Origin: Narcine bancroftii
Taxonomy: Eukaryota
NCBI RefSeq assembly: GCF_036971445.1
Contig: NC_091478.1
Coordinates: 76,260,001 to 76,324,000 of the forward strand
Reading direction: 5' to 3'
Length of the DNA stretch: 64,000 nucleotides
The stretch's first letter is position 1; every line of letters begins with the position of its first letter. The position numbers and the translations under genes were made by a program. Shown piece after piece: positions 26,876-39,900 of this stretch. Below the pieces are notes generated by a model. It saw only the letters and a list, made by a program, of their open reading frames with translations. It did not search any database and was not told the DNA's origin.

Positions 26876-27033
26876 CAGTGATTCTCAACCTTTTTTTCCA
26901 CTCACATACCACCTTAAGTAATTCCTTACAAACCACAGAGCACCCAAGGCATCCAATGCCACGGGTGCTCTGTGGTTAGTAAGGGACTATTTAAAGTGGT
27001 ATGTGATTAGGGAAAAAAATGTTGAGAACAATT
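26876..27033. mobile_element. Palindromic hAT-type MITE inserted in a minus-strand CR1 remnant
   Basis: Long imperfect inverted repeat centred near 26955 (accacagagcacc ... ggtgctctgtggt). Confidence 0.65.
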
Positions 27034-27504
27034 TATCAATGCCCTTCATGATTTTATGTACCTTCTTCGCTCCAGAGAACATTCTTCTGATAATTCAAGC
27101 CTTCAAACCAGGTAACATCCTAGTGAATCCTTTCTGCACCTTCTCTAGCTTAATCATGCATCTCCTAGAGTGTGATGTCCAGAACTACGCACATGCGACC
27201 TCACCACTGAAATTGTACAACTGATGTCCTCATTTTTTTTAAATTCAGTGCCTCAGCTGATGTATGCCTTGAGTTTTCGTCACTACCCTGTGTTCCCATT
27301 TTCAGGGAACTGTGTCCTTGTACCCCAACATCCTGTCATTGCTGTATTTTTTCTTCCCTGGTTTAACTTCAGACTTGTCTGGGTGAAATTCTATTTGCCA
27401 TTTCTTTGACCCCCCCCCCACCTTTCCCAGTTGATTTATGCCCAGTTATAGACTCAGACAACCTTCATTATTGCCCACTATACCAACAACCTTGATGTCA
27501 TTTC

Positions 27505-27722
27505 ACAGGCCCTTTCGGCCCACAAGCCACCCTTACACATCCAATTGACCTACAACACCCGGTGAGTTTTAAAGGGTGGGAGGAATCCGAAGCCCCTGGG
27601 GAAAACCCACGCAGACATGGGGGGAATGTACAAACTCCTTACAGACAGCATGGGATTCAAACCCTGGTCCTGATCACTGGCGCTGTACAGTGTTGTGCTA
27701 ACAGCTATGCCAACCATGCTGC
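27505..27722 (-). mobile_element. tRNA-derived SINE-like element
   Basis: Head with A/B-box-like gttagcacaac...gtttgaatccc, then gctgtctgtaaggagt; homologous to 57495-57680. Confidence 0.6.
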
Positions 27723-28059
27723 AAATCTTGCCATCTACATTATCATCCAATTCACTAATATATATGACAAACAACAGAGAACACGGTATTGGTTCCTGTA
27801 GCACACCACTGATTACAGGTCTCCAATTTGTAAAACACACCTCCACTACCTTCCTCTGCCTCCAACCATCAATTTTGTAGCTAATTGGCTATCTTAGCCT
27901 GGATCCCTTTTGTTCTAACCTTATCTTGCTGTATTCTTTCAATGGAACCGCCCACTTACTGCAGTTCAAATAACCCATTTTTTCTTCCTTTGTATGAATT
28001 TGAAAACATTACATTTTAAATTAAATTTCAAGTTTAACAAATACAGAAGTTAAAGAGAG

Positions 28060-28790
28060 CAAGTTGAGCACAGCAGGGAGGACTTATCTGCATTTATTTC
28101 AATACAAGAGATGACAAATAAGGCAAACTCGGGGCATGGATAAGTACACGGGGCTGCCACATAATAGCTATTTCAGAAACATAGCTGAAGGAGGGACAGG
28201 ACTGGCAGCTCAATGTAATAGGTACAAATGCTACAGGCAATGGTAAAAGTGGAGATAAGGGAGGAGGAAGAATTGCATTTTTGATAAGGGAGTACATCAC
28301 ACCAGTACTTAGAGAGGATATTCCTTGGGGATCATCCAGTGAGGTGAAATGGTTGGAAATGAGGAATGAGAAGAGGGTGATCACATTGTTGGCCACCCCA
28401 ATATTCAGGAGGAATTAGAGTACCAAATATGTTGGGAGATCACAGATAGCTGCAAAAATGATATGGTTATAATTATAGGGGATTTTAACTTTCCAAATTT
28501 TGATTGGTACTTGTCTAGTACCAAAAACTTGGATGGGGTTGAATTTGTTATGTTTGTTCAGTTAAGTTTCCTTAAGCAATATGTAGATAACCAGACTAGA
28601 GAGCAGGCATCCTTCAACCTCCTCTTGGGAAATAAGGTAGGGCAAATGACTGAAATGGCAGTAGGGGAGCACTTTAAGACAAATTATCACAATTCCATTA
28701 GCTTTAAAATTGTTATGGAAAAAATAGGACTGATCCACAAATTAAATTACATTGGGCCAGGGCCAATTTGATGATATGAGGCAGAACTTT
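28060..28790 (+). mobile_element. CR1 endonuclease-region fragment
   Basis: IIAISET, GGGRIAFLI, IIGDFNFPNFDW, HNSISFKI. Confidence 0.75.
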
Positions 28791-29509
28791 TTGGGCAAAG
28801 GGGCAAGCATATGAACAAGTTGGATGACAATGCTGTTAGAATGGTTAGTAAGCTTGTGAATAAAATGGTATAGAGGATAGTGAAGAAAATTAACTGATAT
28901 TATAACAGGATCTAAATCAAGGGTGGGCATCCTATGGCCCACGATCCAAATTTATCCAGCCTGCAACCCAATGTGTTTGCCCAATCACCCTCAGCAACTC
29001 CAACGCATATTTCACTGCACTAAACTGTCAGCCTTTGCATTCAGTGGCCCCGGGGACTGTCCATGTGAATTAAACATCCCTCAGCAAAGGAAATACTTTG
29101 TAGCTATATAAATGCCACCCATTCCTTCGGGGTCATGAATCAGGCAGCAAAATGACTACGCTCACACAGAAGTCTCTCCATATCGTTATAACCAGGAATC
29201 AATCATCAACTGCATCACTTTCTGCCCCTGGTAAAATAACTCACCCTGGCGCTCCTGGGAACATGATTGGCTCTCAAGATGGACCTGAGACCAGCAGTGC
29301 ATCAGTGGCCAGCTGACCCACTCATTTTTTTTGAATATTTTATTTATAATTTTTCACACAGGCCTGCCAACGATGACAGTTCACAATCTTGTATATACGT
29401 ATATGTATTCCTTTTCTCTATGACTGTATATACAAGCCCGTGTCATTACCCACCTCCTCCTCCACCTATAAAACTAAACAATTCATTCATACTACAATGT
29501 GAATAACAA

Positions 29510-30060
29510 TAACACACATTAACATTAAGGAAAGGCCTCAAACTGGATGAAGTGCAAAAAAGATTTATTATTATAGCCTTAGCTGTAGCAAAAAAATGTT
29601 TAATGTCAACTTGGAAATCAGAAGAGAGTCTGAGAATACAGCAATGGTAAACGGAAATGAATAAATGTATTCCATTGGAAAAAATAACATATAATTTAAA
29701 AAATAAAGTCACATTATTTGAACAAATTTGGAACACAACAGAGAGGGCCTACCATGGACCTCCACCTCATAAAATGATAGAATGAGAAGATGAAATGAAC
29801 TGACCCAGTGTGTAAAAGTAGATGACACAATTTTCTTGTTTATTTTCATTGTGTGATGACATTGTTTAATGGGTTTATTGTATTGTATATGTTGAACGTT
29901 TAATGGGTTTGGAGGGAGGTGGGAAGGAGGGTGGAAAGGGAGGCGGGGAAAGGGGAGAAAATGACACTGTATATTCATGAGGAAAATGTTTGTGTGTATT
30001 TTGATTAATATGGTTCATAGTGTGAAAAATTTTTAAAAATTTAAAAAACATTAAGGAAAT
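29510..30060 (+). mobile_element. L1-type LINE 3' fragment with A-rich tail
   Basis: LAVAKKC..STWKS and LEKITY remnants; the same 3' end recurs inverted at about 25520-25660. Confidence 0.6.
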
Positions 30061-30715
30061 CACCTGCCCCACTCTTGATCCCAGGCCACTCACCACCGGT
30101 GAATGTGGAGCTGTGCAACCAATGGGGTGAACCTTTCGAAGCGACCTGAGGCACCCCCCTCCCCTGAGCCACCGCCACCCACCCCCCTCTCCCCATTCAC
30201 CTGGGCGGCTCTCTCTTCCCCACTCACTAAGCTGCCCCTTCTCCCCGTTTCCGTGAGCCCACCCCCCCCCCCCACCACCTCCATGCTCCCCTGAGCTACC
30301 CTGTTCTCCATACTAGCAGAACAGACCACATCTCCTGGCTCTCCCTTCTCGCTTGAGAGCCCCGTTTCGCCACTCATGCCTCTTCCCATTCCCCTGAGCC
30401 ATTCAAAAAGGTGCAAACCCAGGTGTCCATGTGTGGGACACTGTGATGTTCCTTCATCCAATTCTGGCTACAAGCAAAACACATTTAGCACAAAGCAAAT
30501 TTCATTCACTCAGAAATGGAATTTACCTCACATAATCGTAGTTCAAAGCACACCTTAAAATGCATAAAAATTAAAAAGCGGGAGATCTGGATCAAAGGCA
30601 GAAGTTGAAAGGTATAATAAGGTAGGGCAAATGACTGATAGCTTCTGCTGAGAAAGATTCAAGATGCTGTATTCGACAAATTTATTTACATCCACAATTT
30701 TGCAACAAAAATAAT

Positions 30716-33700
30716 TGTTACTGTGTAGTGAGCTGAGTGGGCACACAGCGTAGTATTGCGAACCATCAGGATTCTTCATTGGGCACGCGGAGCCATAGGA
30801 CAGACAGCTGGGTACTCACCCATTTAATGGACCACACGCGCTGCATGCAGAGTAAAAGCACGTCAGTTTGCCGAGTCTCCTGCCGGAAGGCGTGGGACTC
30901 TCACTGTGCTTAATTTAAACCTGCCAGTCCCGTGGATCGGCAGCAAACTCATAATGATGTCCCACCCTGTCCCGTGGAGCCCGAGACGTGAGATATATAA
31001 AAGAAGCCTGTAAAGTCTAAATAAAACAGATTTGTGTTGACTAATCTGGTGTATGTGTATTGCTTTAGTAGCTCTACCAAAGTAGCTGCTACAATTGGTG
31101 ACCCCGACTACAAGATTCAGCCGAAGCATGAATCTAGTTATCAAGGACACAACTACAGCCACAATGGCAGTTAATGCGGCAGGACTTCTCTTGCCTCCTT
31201 TCTGGACCCATCAACCTCAGGTATGGCTTAATCAGGCTGAAACCCAATTTCATATTTGTGGCATAATGGCAGAGGACACGAAATTGTGGCATGTTGTAGG
31301 TGCGTTGGACGCTGCTACGGCAGCTAAAGTGAATTTATTTCCAATCCCCCGGCGGACAACCAGTACACCAGGTTCCGCCAATTTCTCCTGGACACACTGG
31401 AATTGACTAGCATGAGCGCGGCATGCAGCTTTTAAATATGGAGGAACTGGGTGACAGGAATCCATTAGAATGAGATGTTCGCATTGGCGGATGGTCATTC
31501 TCATTGCTTAATTTTTGAGACTCTATTCCTATCCAAATGCCCAGGTTGTGTCACAATGCCAATAGCTGACATGGATTTCCGCCATCCCCATGATGTGGCC
31601 CGTGGGCTGACAGACTCTACCGTACTCCAATGCAACAGTCTGCTCACATACAGCCTGTTTTCACAGCAGATACATCTCCCATGTCAGACGAACCTCCTGT
31701 GTCCGCGGTTCAGACAAAGAAGGAAGAACGTGCTGACGGGCGGCGAGAATGGTGATTTTACCATCGTCGGTGGGGGACAAAAAACCTATAGATGTGTCCC
31801 CGCCATGTAGCTATTACAGAAAAAAGTCGGGAAATGGAAAAGCTGGCTGCAAGTAGTGACCTAGGCAGCTGGCACAAGTACTGGCCTACTGTATCTTCAA
31901 GATGGTGCTGGTAAGCGCAGGTTTCTCGTAGATACGGGTGCTGAGGTCAGTTTGCTCCTGCCAACCTATTTTGAAAAGACACAAAAGCCACAACACCTGG
32001 CTCTTCAAGCAGCAAATGGGACTATCATTCCCAACTTTGGCACACAAAGGATCACGATTGGGAAAGGAGGGGCGATATTCCATTGGAATTGCATCTTGGC
32101 TTCCGTTGCATAGCTCATTTTGGGTGCAGATTTTTGAAGATCCCATGACTTGCTAGTAGACGTGAAGCAGAGGAAATTAGTTCATGCCACCACTTTTCAA
32201 ACATACCCGTTGGTAATGCAGCAAAGGGAGAATTTCCCAACTCAGGGTACATACCCTGCACAAAGACACCTATGCTGCCCTACTCGTCAAATTTCCCGAT
32301 ATTCCCTCTCTTAATTCCAATACCTCCAAACGTCCCATTACATAGACACTTCAGGCCCGTCGATTTACACCAGGGCTCGTCGTCTTCTGCCTGATAAGCT
32401 GCAGCAGGCAAGGGCAGAATTTACTACAATGGAGGAATTAGTCCTTAGGCATCGCCATTACATATGGTACCTAAGAAAACAGGTGGATGGAGACCCTGTG
32501 GCGATTATTGTAGGCTCAATAATATAACTACCCCTTGAAGATACCTCATCCCTCATTTACAAGATTTTGCTGCCCATCTGCACAATTGCTATGTTTTCTC
32601 CAATGTTGATCTTGTCAAGGGATACCATCAGATCCCAGTCCATAATGATGACATTCCTAAAACGGCAATTATTACCCCTTTCGGGTTTTTTGAATTTCTT
32701 AGGATGTCATTTGGGTTGAAAAACGCCGCTCAAACATTCCAGTGTCTTATGGAGGCTTTGGGCAGGGATTTAGAGTTCGCTTACATCACCTTAGATGACG
32801 TCCTCATAGCGAGTCAGACTGAGTAGGATCACCACCTGCATTTATGCCGCCTATTCCAATGGCTGGAGGAATTCGGTCTTACCATCAGCCCTAGCAAATG
32901 TCAATTTGGCAAGTCCACCATTGACTTCCTGGGACACAGGATCACAGCCAACGGTGGCTTTCCCTTATCCAGCAAAGTAGACGCAGTCTGTGCTTTTCCA
33001 AAACCTACCACAGTTAAGAGACTGCAGAAATTCTTGGGCCTGATAAACTTCTATCACCGGTTCATTCCAGCAGCTGCTGACATTCTTTGACCACTGTTTC
33101 AGATTCTCACCACAAAGCACAGGCAGGTTACCTGGACAACAGAGGCAGAGGTTGTGTTTACAACTGCCAAAGACGCTTTGGCCAATGCAACAATGCTCGC
33201 CCATCCTAATCCTGACACTTCCCTGACACTTAACACTGATGCCTCAGATACGGCCGTGGGTGCAATTCTTGAGCAGTCCATCGATGGCCATTGCCAATCC
33301 CTCGCTTTCTTTCACCGACATCTATGGAGATGAAATATAGTGCATTTGATCAGGAACTGTTGGCACTGTACCTAGCCACACAACACTTCCAATGTTTTGG
33401 AGGGTCGGCATTTCACTGTGTTTACAGACCGCTCGTTTTTGCCTTTAGCAAAATAACGGATCTATGGTCGCCCAGGCAGCAGTGTCACTTGTCATACATT
33501 TCCAAATTCATGACAGATGTGTCCCATGTCTCGGGTAAAAACAATCTTGTGGCTGATATGCTGTCCAGACAGACTAAATCATATGCAGGGTGGCAATGAT
33601 ATTCCTGAATTAGCCAGTGCACAGGCTATGGACCCCGATGTTCAGGCATTCGGTAAGGCCATTACTAACCTGGACATACAACAGGTGGCACCACAACTGG

Positions 33701-35217
33701 GCGCTCCAACCCTACTTTGTGACTACCTTAGACTGGTGATTCCGGCATCTTGGAGGTGACGCCTTTTTGACCAGGTACACAGTTTGTCTCATCCATCCAT
33801 CAGAACATCCGTCAAGCTCATGTTGAATAAATATATATGGCATGGACTGAAAAAAGATGTCATACAATGGGCTCGCACATATACCTCCTGCCAAACTTCC
33901 AAATTCAGCGGCACACCAAGGCCCCTCTTCAACAATTCCTGGTGGTACACCAGCAGTTTGAACATGTGAATGTAGACCTGGTCAGACTATTGCCAGTATC
34001 TCAACACATGAGATACATCTTAACAGTCATAAACGTTTCATGTGCTGGCCAGAGGCCATCCTGTTGCCATTCAGTGGCACTGACACATGTGCCAGAGCAT
34101 TCATTGTCAATTGGATCTCTAGATTTGGTGTCACGACACACATAACTTCAGATCACGGAGCACAATTCATCTCTACGTTATGGACTGCCTTTGCATGCTT
34201 TTGTGGCACACAACTGCACCACACCACAGTATATCAACCAAAGTCCAACGTCCTTGTTGAACATTTCCACCAACAACTCAAGTCCATACTTAAGGTCCGA
34301 CTCACTGGTCCCAATTGATTTGATGAGTTACCATGGGTTCTACTGGGTGTGCACATGGCTCCCAAGGAAGATTTGCCTGCATCATCCGCAGAGATGGTTT
34401 ATGGTACAGTTCTTTCAGTTCCAGGGGACATTCACTTCGCATCTAACTCTGACCTGGACTTCCTTCAGCAGCTTTGACGTGGTGTCACAGTCAGTAAACC
34501 TGTTCCAACCATGTGGCATGGAACTCCTAAACAACACGTGCCCCTAATGCTCCTTGACGCTTTGTTTTTGTAAGCAGTTCCCAGGAGCACTGTTACAACG
34601 ACCATATGAGGGCCCTTTCCGCATGATTAAGAAGGTCAAGGTTGTATATACTTTGGACAATGGGGGGCATTCACAAATGTTCAATGTGGACAGACTCAAG
34701 CCTGCCCTTGTGGATCCCACTTCACCCATTTTTGCCCCCAGCCCAGGCGGCGAGGATGTCCACCTAGGTGCTTGCAGCCAATGTATTGGTTTCTGGCGAC
34801 GGTTCGGGGAAGGGGGGGGGGGGGTGGTGTAGCAGCCGTGTAGCAGGCCGAGTGGGCGCAGAGTGTGGTATTGCAAACCATCACTGGAGTGGTTCTTCGG
34901 TGGGCACATGGAGCCATAGGACAGACAGCCAAGTACTCGCCCATTTAATAGACCCCACGCGCGCAATGCTGCATGCCAAGTTACGGAACATTGTTTGCTG
35001 AGTCTCCTGCCAGAAGGTGCGGAACTCTAACCATGCTTAATTTAAACTTGCCGGTCCCATGCGGTGGCAAACTCATAATGATGTTCCACCCTGTCCCATG
35101 AAGCCTGGGATGTGAGATATATAAAAGAAGCCTGTAAAATCTAAATAAAACAGTCTTGTGTTGACTAACCTGGTGTATGTGTATTGCATTAGTAGCTCTA
35201 CCGAAGTAGTCGCTACA
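30716..35217 (+). mobile_element. Ty3/Gypsy LTR retrotransposon 2, near full length, frameshifted (LTRs about 30716-31093 and 34828-35217)
   Basis: Paired LTRs ending gctaca; PBS TGGTGACCCCGAC (31096-31108, complementary to the tRNA-Trp 3' end); gag LPPFW, protease FLVDTGAEVS, RT LDDVLIAS, RNase H TDASDTAVGA, integrase, G-rich PPT. Confidence 0.92.
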
Positions 35218-35839
35218 ACTGATTATTTTTAAAACTCCTAAAATATTTGAAGTATTATTTAAAAGCAACCAAGTTTAAAAGACAGTTTGAGCACTCCAAA
35301 CACCTGGCTGAAATACTTATATTTTTTATATTCAACAAGGGATGATTTTATCACTCGGTGGTAATTAATAGCAATCTCTTTGAGATGATGTCTTGCTATT
35401 GGCATCAACATCATCCAATATTGAAATGTTTTCAAACAACAAACAAAATCACGTTTCCCACTGATTGAGCTGCTCTCTGTTTTGGGGTTAGTTATTTGGT
35501 TTTCATTGTGACTCATTTTTCTCCTTTTTGACTTTTTTTAAAATTGTGTCATTTTAATGATTAACTCATGATTTTGGTGTAGTTTCTGATTTGAAGATGC
35601 CCTTCCCTGATCTGAAATGCATCGTCATAGTTTTCTTGGAAGGAATACGGTTGATTTTGTTGTGTGAACTTTTTCTGTGGATTGTTTCTTGATAAATTAT
35701 CGTCAGTTATGTTCATACATTGTACATTATGTACTCCAAGCAGAGACAATTGAAAACTTAAATTACATTTTTGTGTTTCAGTATTTATTTCATTTATGGT
35801 AGGATTAGTGCAGCCTGCTGTTCTACCACTGACATGGTA

Positions 35840-36450
35840 AAGGGTTGCCTGCCGCTGATCTAGATGGACTGAGAAAATGGACCAAGGAATGGCAGAAGGG
35901 ATTTAAATCAGACAAGTGAGGTGTTGCCCCTTGGTAGGTTAATCAATGGCAAGATTTGCACATTAAATGGTAGAGCCCCTGGAAAGGGCTGAGGAGAGTC
36001 CTTGGGGCAGAGGTACATAATTTTTGGGGGTTTTTTAAAATATTTTTATTTAAGTTGGAAGAGGTACATTATTCATGGTGACATGATGGTAAAGAAGGCA
36101 TTTGGCACACTTGTCTTCATTGAGTACAGGAGCAAGGACTGCATGTTACAATGTACAAGATGCTCGTATTAAACACTTGAGGATTGTGCACAGTTTTGGT
36201 CACCCAGCTCCAGGAAAGATGTGGTTCAGCTGGGATAGGTGCAGAGAAGCTGTTGTTCAGCTGGGATAGGTGCCGACCATTTACAAGATTATACTGGGAC
36301 TAGAGGACATGAATTATAGGAGAGCGTGGATTGGCTGATATTTTTCTCCCAACAGGTTTGGGGGCTGAGGGGGTACCTTATAGATGTTTTTAAAATCATG
36401 AGGGGCACAGATAAGGTAAATAGTGATCCCAATATAGGGGTTTATATCTA
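35840..36450 (+). mobile_element. CR1 fragment
   Basis: Degraded VKKAFGTL, CAQFWSP..RKDV and VFKIMRG motifs. Confidence 0.65.
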
Positions 36451-36967
36451 GAGGGTATATATCTTGTAATTCCAGCAAAGTTGGCAATAAAACACTGGAC
36501 TTTATTTGTGGAAGGAAGCTGAGAGGAAATACAGAATTTCCTTCATCTGCTCAACGTAAGAATTCTGTTAATATTAGGAATCTACAGAATCTGCAATGGG
36601 TTAAACTAGCAATATGCAAACACTGATGTGAATAAATAGTGCTATTGATACACAGTGGTTCTGGAAAAATACAATGACACAGCACTGAGCTCTTTTGTTT
36701 TCTTTCGGATTGCCAAAGCTCACAAATACAGCAACTAATTACTGCAAGTGGGAATCTGAAATGGTACAGGTACCTAGTAGGGTTGTGCAGTAGCAGTAAA
36801 TTGTAAGAGGCTCTTTGGATTTCTGACAAGCAAATAAAAAGTGAGTAACTGTTAATGCCCTTAGGCATTTAATATCGTAATCATTTTATATTGAATCTTT
36901 GTAATGTTTAATCTTTCTGTGCATTTGTTCGTAAGATACAAAGCAGTGATTTGTTTCGTCACATTGC

Positions 36968-37381
36968 CAGAATGGAGGACCATCGCCTTCCCAAGATCGT
37001 GTTATATGGCGAGCTCTCCACTGGCCACCGTGACAGAGGTGCACCAAAGAAGAGGTACAAGGACTGCCTAAAGAAATCTCTTGGTGCCTGCCACATTGAC
37101 CACCACCAGTGGGCTGATATCGCCTCAAACCGTGCATCTTGGCGCCTCACAGTTCGACGGGCAGCAACCTCCTTTGAAGAAGACCGCAGAGCCCACCTCA
37201 CTGACAAAAGACAAAGGAGGAAAAACCCAACACCCAACCCCAACCAACCAATTTTCCCCTGCAACCGCTGCAACCGTGTCTGCCTGTCCCGCATTGGACT
37301 TGTCAGCCACAATCGAGCTTGCAGCTGACGTGGACTTTTACCCCCTCCATAAATCTTCGTCCGCGAAGCCAAGCCAAAAAG
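36968..37381 (+). mobile_element. Young RTE LINE, 5'-truncated, with a 30-bp target-site duplication
   Basis: acaaagcagtgatttgtttcgtcacattgc at both 36938-36967 and 37382-37411. Confidence 0.92.
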
Positions 37382-38049
37382 ACAAAGCAGTGATTTGTTT
37401 CGTCACATTGCTACATTTACTTACATTTGGGCAGCTGCATTTTAAGCTCGCTCATCTCTTATTTTGTTCAAACTGACTCTTTTTGTACTTTATATCTGAG
37501 ATTCAGATCTTCTCTCTCTGACATGTTCCAAACTTTATCAATTAATCCGTGATTTAAGCAGAAAAGCCTGCAGATGCTGTGATTCATGAACCTGAGCAGG
37601 TCACACAGCGTCTATAGGAAGCAAATGGGTATAACCAATGTTTCAGACATGACCCCTTCATCAAGGTTTGAGCCGAAAGCACTGGGAGGTCCCGTCATTG
37701 CAATTAACATAGCGAAGGGGTCTCCTGTTGTGGTCGTGTACTTACCTTTGTTGGGAATGGTGCTAGCTGTTGCTGATGACCTAAGTGATATGACGCATGG
37801 GAGTAATAGCATGCCTGGTCAGGTGTGCTAAGCATCAGTATACGAGTGATAGATCTCAGAGGAAAGTGAGAGTGTCAGGATTACCCATGTGGCAGTGAGC
37901 CAATGAGAGGGTCAGAGGAGTTTAGCTGGGTGGTGTTTAGAGAGTTGAAGAATGTAATGTGTCTGGTAAGTCAACTTCATGGTATGCTGAAAGAAATGAG
38001 TGAGTGTATTCTTTGTTTTGTAAGTTTTGGTAAATCATTGCCTTTACAG

Positions 38050-38560
38050 AACCTCCCAGTGCCCAACTATTTCAATTACACACATTCCCACTCCGACGTG
38101 TCTGTCCATGGTCTCGCACTGCCAAACTGAGGCCACCCGCAAATTGGAGAATTAACACCTAATATTCCATCTGGGCACTATCCAACCAGATCCCATTAAC
38201 ATCGACCTCCAATTTCTGTTTGGCCCCTCATCTGTCTGTCTGTCTGTCTCTCTCTCTCACTCTTTCTCTATCCCTGTTTCCTTTCCTCCACCTCCCCATC
38301 CTCATTCCTCTCCATTCAGAGAGCTATTCCTTCCCCTTATCACTTCCCAGCTTTTTTCTCTTCCTCCCTCCACCCTTATCCACTATGATTTCTTTTGCAT
38401 GTTGGCCTGTGCTCCTCCCCCTGCACATTACCTCTTTCCCCCACCTTTTTATTCAGGTGCCTGCTTGCTTTCTGCTCAGGCCCAAAACGTTAGTTATATC
38501 TCTTTGCTTCCTATTGACCCTGCATGCTCTGCTGAGGTTCTCCCACACTTTTATGTATTG
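38050..38560 (+). mobile_element. Penelope-like 3' fragment
   Basis: Homologous to 13150-13600 (ccatggtctc..cactgcca..ctgaggccacccgcaaattggag). Confidence 0.65.
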
Positions 38561-39406
38561 GCTACTAGTTTGTTGTACCACATGAACTTCCACAAACTAA
38601 AGTAGACATGTCCGATAATCAACAGCATGAAATGCTCTGAGCATTTGTCTTTTTTGACTGTTTATTTCACTTTGGGGTGGTTACCAAAGATTTTAAGTGA
38701 ATGACAACATTTCTCATTATGATCAGAATGGTTGCTGGAGGTCATCCCATGAAAATAAACTTATTTGGACATTGACAACAAATAACTTGAGATTCACGAT
38801 AAAGGGTTAACACCCAAACGTTAACTGCCATTTCTACCAATAAATGTTGCCTGACTTCCTGAGTTCCTCTAGCAGTTCTTTGCTTGCTCAACATTCCAGC
38901 ATCTGGATCTTTTGTGTTTCTCAACTCAAGCCAGTTCATGTGAACTAGGAGGCCAAAATATTTTTTTGAAGCTTATGAGATGACTTCAGGGTCACTTACC
39001 ACAAGTAAGGAGCAGACACAGCAATGCAAAGCCATGACAAACCTACCATGGAGACAAAGAGTTATACAGAGTTTTAATATCCTTATATTTTTCCAGGTGA
39101 CTGCTTCCTACAGGTAACTATCATCTACTTGAAATCTATTGTTCATGATAGTACAGTACATTGCCATTTACACTTTTGGTCTAAAATTCAAGATGTATCA
39201 TCTACATTGTGAGCTGATATCGGAGATGGCTGGCAAGTTGATTGTTCTGCTTTCTTAGATTGACCAATTTTGCAACTTTCCAATTTGGATATTAAATATT
39301 TTAAGATAATAACCCACATTTTTAATTTCTACATTTCCAGGCATTTATTTGTGTCTGTTTCACTTATGTGCTTTGTATTCACATATCAAATAAAGGTAAC
39401 TATTAC

Positions 39407-39517
39407 CTGTAACAAAATATGTTCCCAATTTTGGCATCAGCTGTCTTAGAGGTTCTGTGGCTGTTCTGAGGTTGACCACCTGGGAATCAGTCAGGTCACC
39501 AACAATCACTACGATAT
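39407..39517 (-). CDS. TMPPE: TMPPE coding exon 2
   Basis: [37 protein letters not shown]; motif II (GDLTD); 111 nt, phase 1-1. Confidence 0.93.
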
Positions 39518-39699
39518 CTGAAAAATGTGCAGTTATTTCCATAACACATACCTTAATTCATATGCACATTGGGTGAGACACAGTATAAATTGGAGCTAAT
39601 TATCTATTTATGGTTACACATTAAGACAGTTGATGTAAATGAAAATTAGATCAGCCTCCGACAGCTACATGGCCATAACTATAGGACACAAAACAGAAA

Positions 39700-39900
39700 A
39701 ACGTCACTGACAGAATGGGATGCATTACACCTCAAGTCATTTTATATATTTTACATAATCCTTTGAGCACACTCCCGTTGAGCATTCAAGCTGGTTGCAT
39801 CACTGTCTGGTACATTCAAGACAAGAAAAAACTCGAGTTAACTCAGCCTGCGACATCACAGGCACCAGATTTCAATCCATCAAGGGGACAGCTACAAGAG
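39700..39900 (+). mobile_element. Rex1/L2-like LINE remnant abutting the tandem array
   Basis: SIQAGCITVWY; similar to 4380-4500. Confidence 0.5.
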
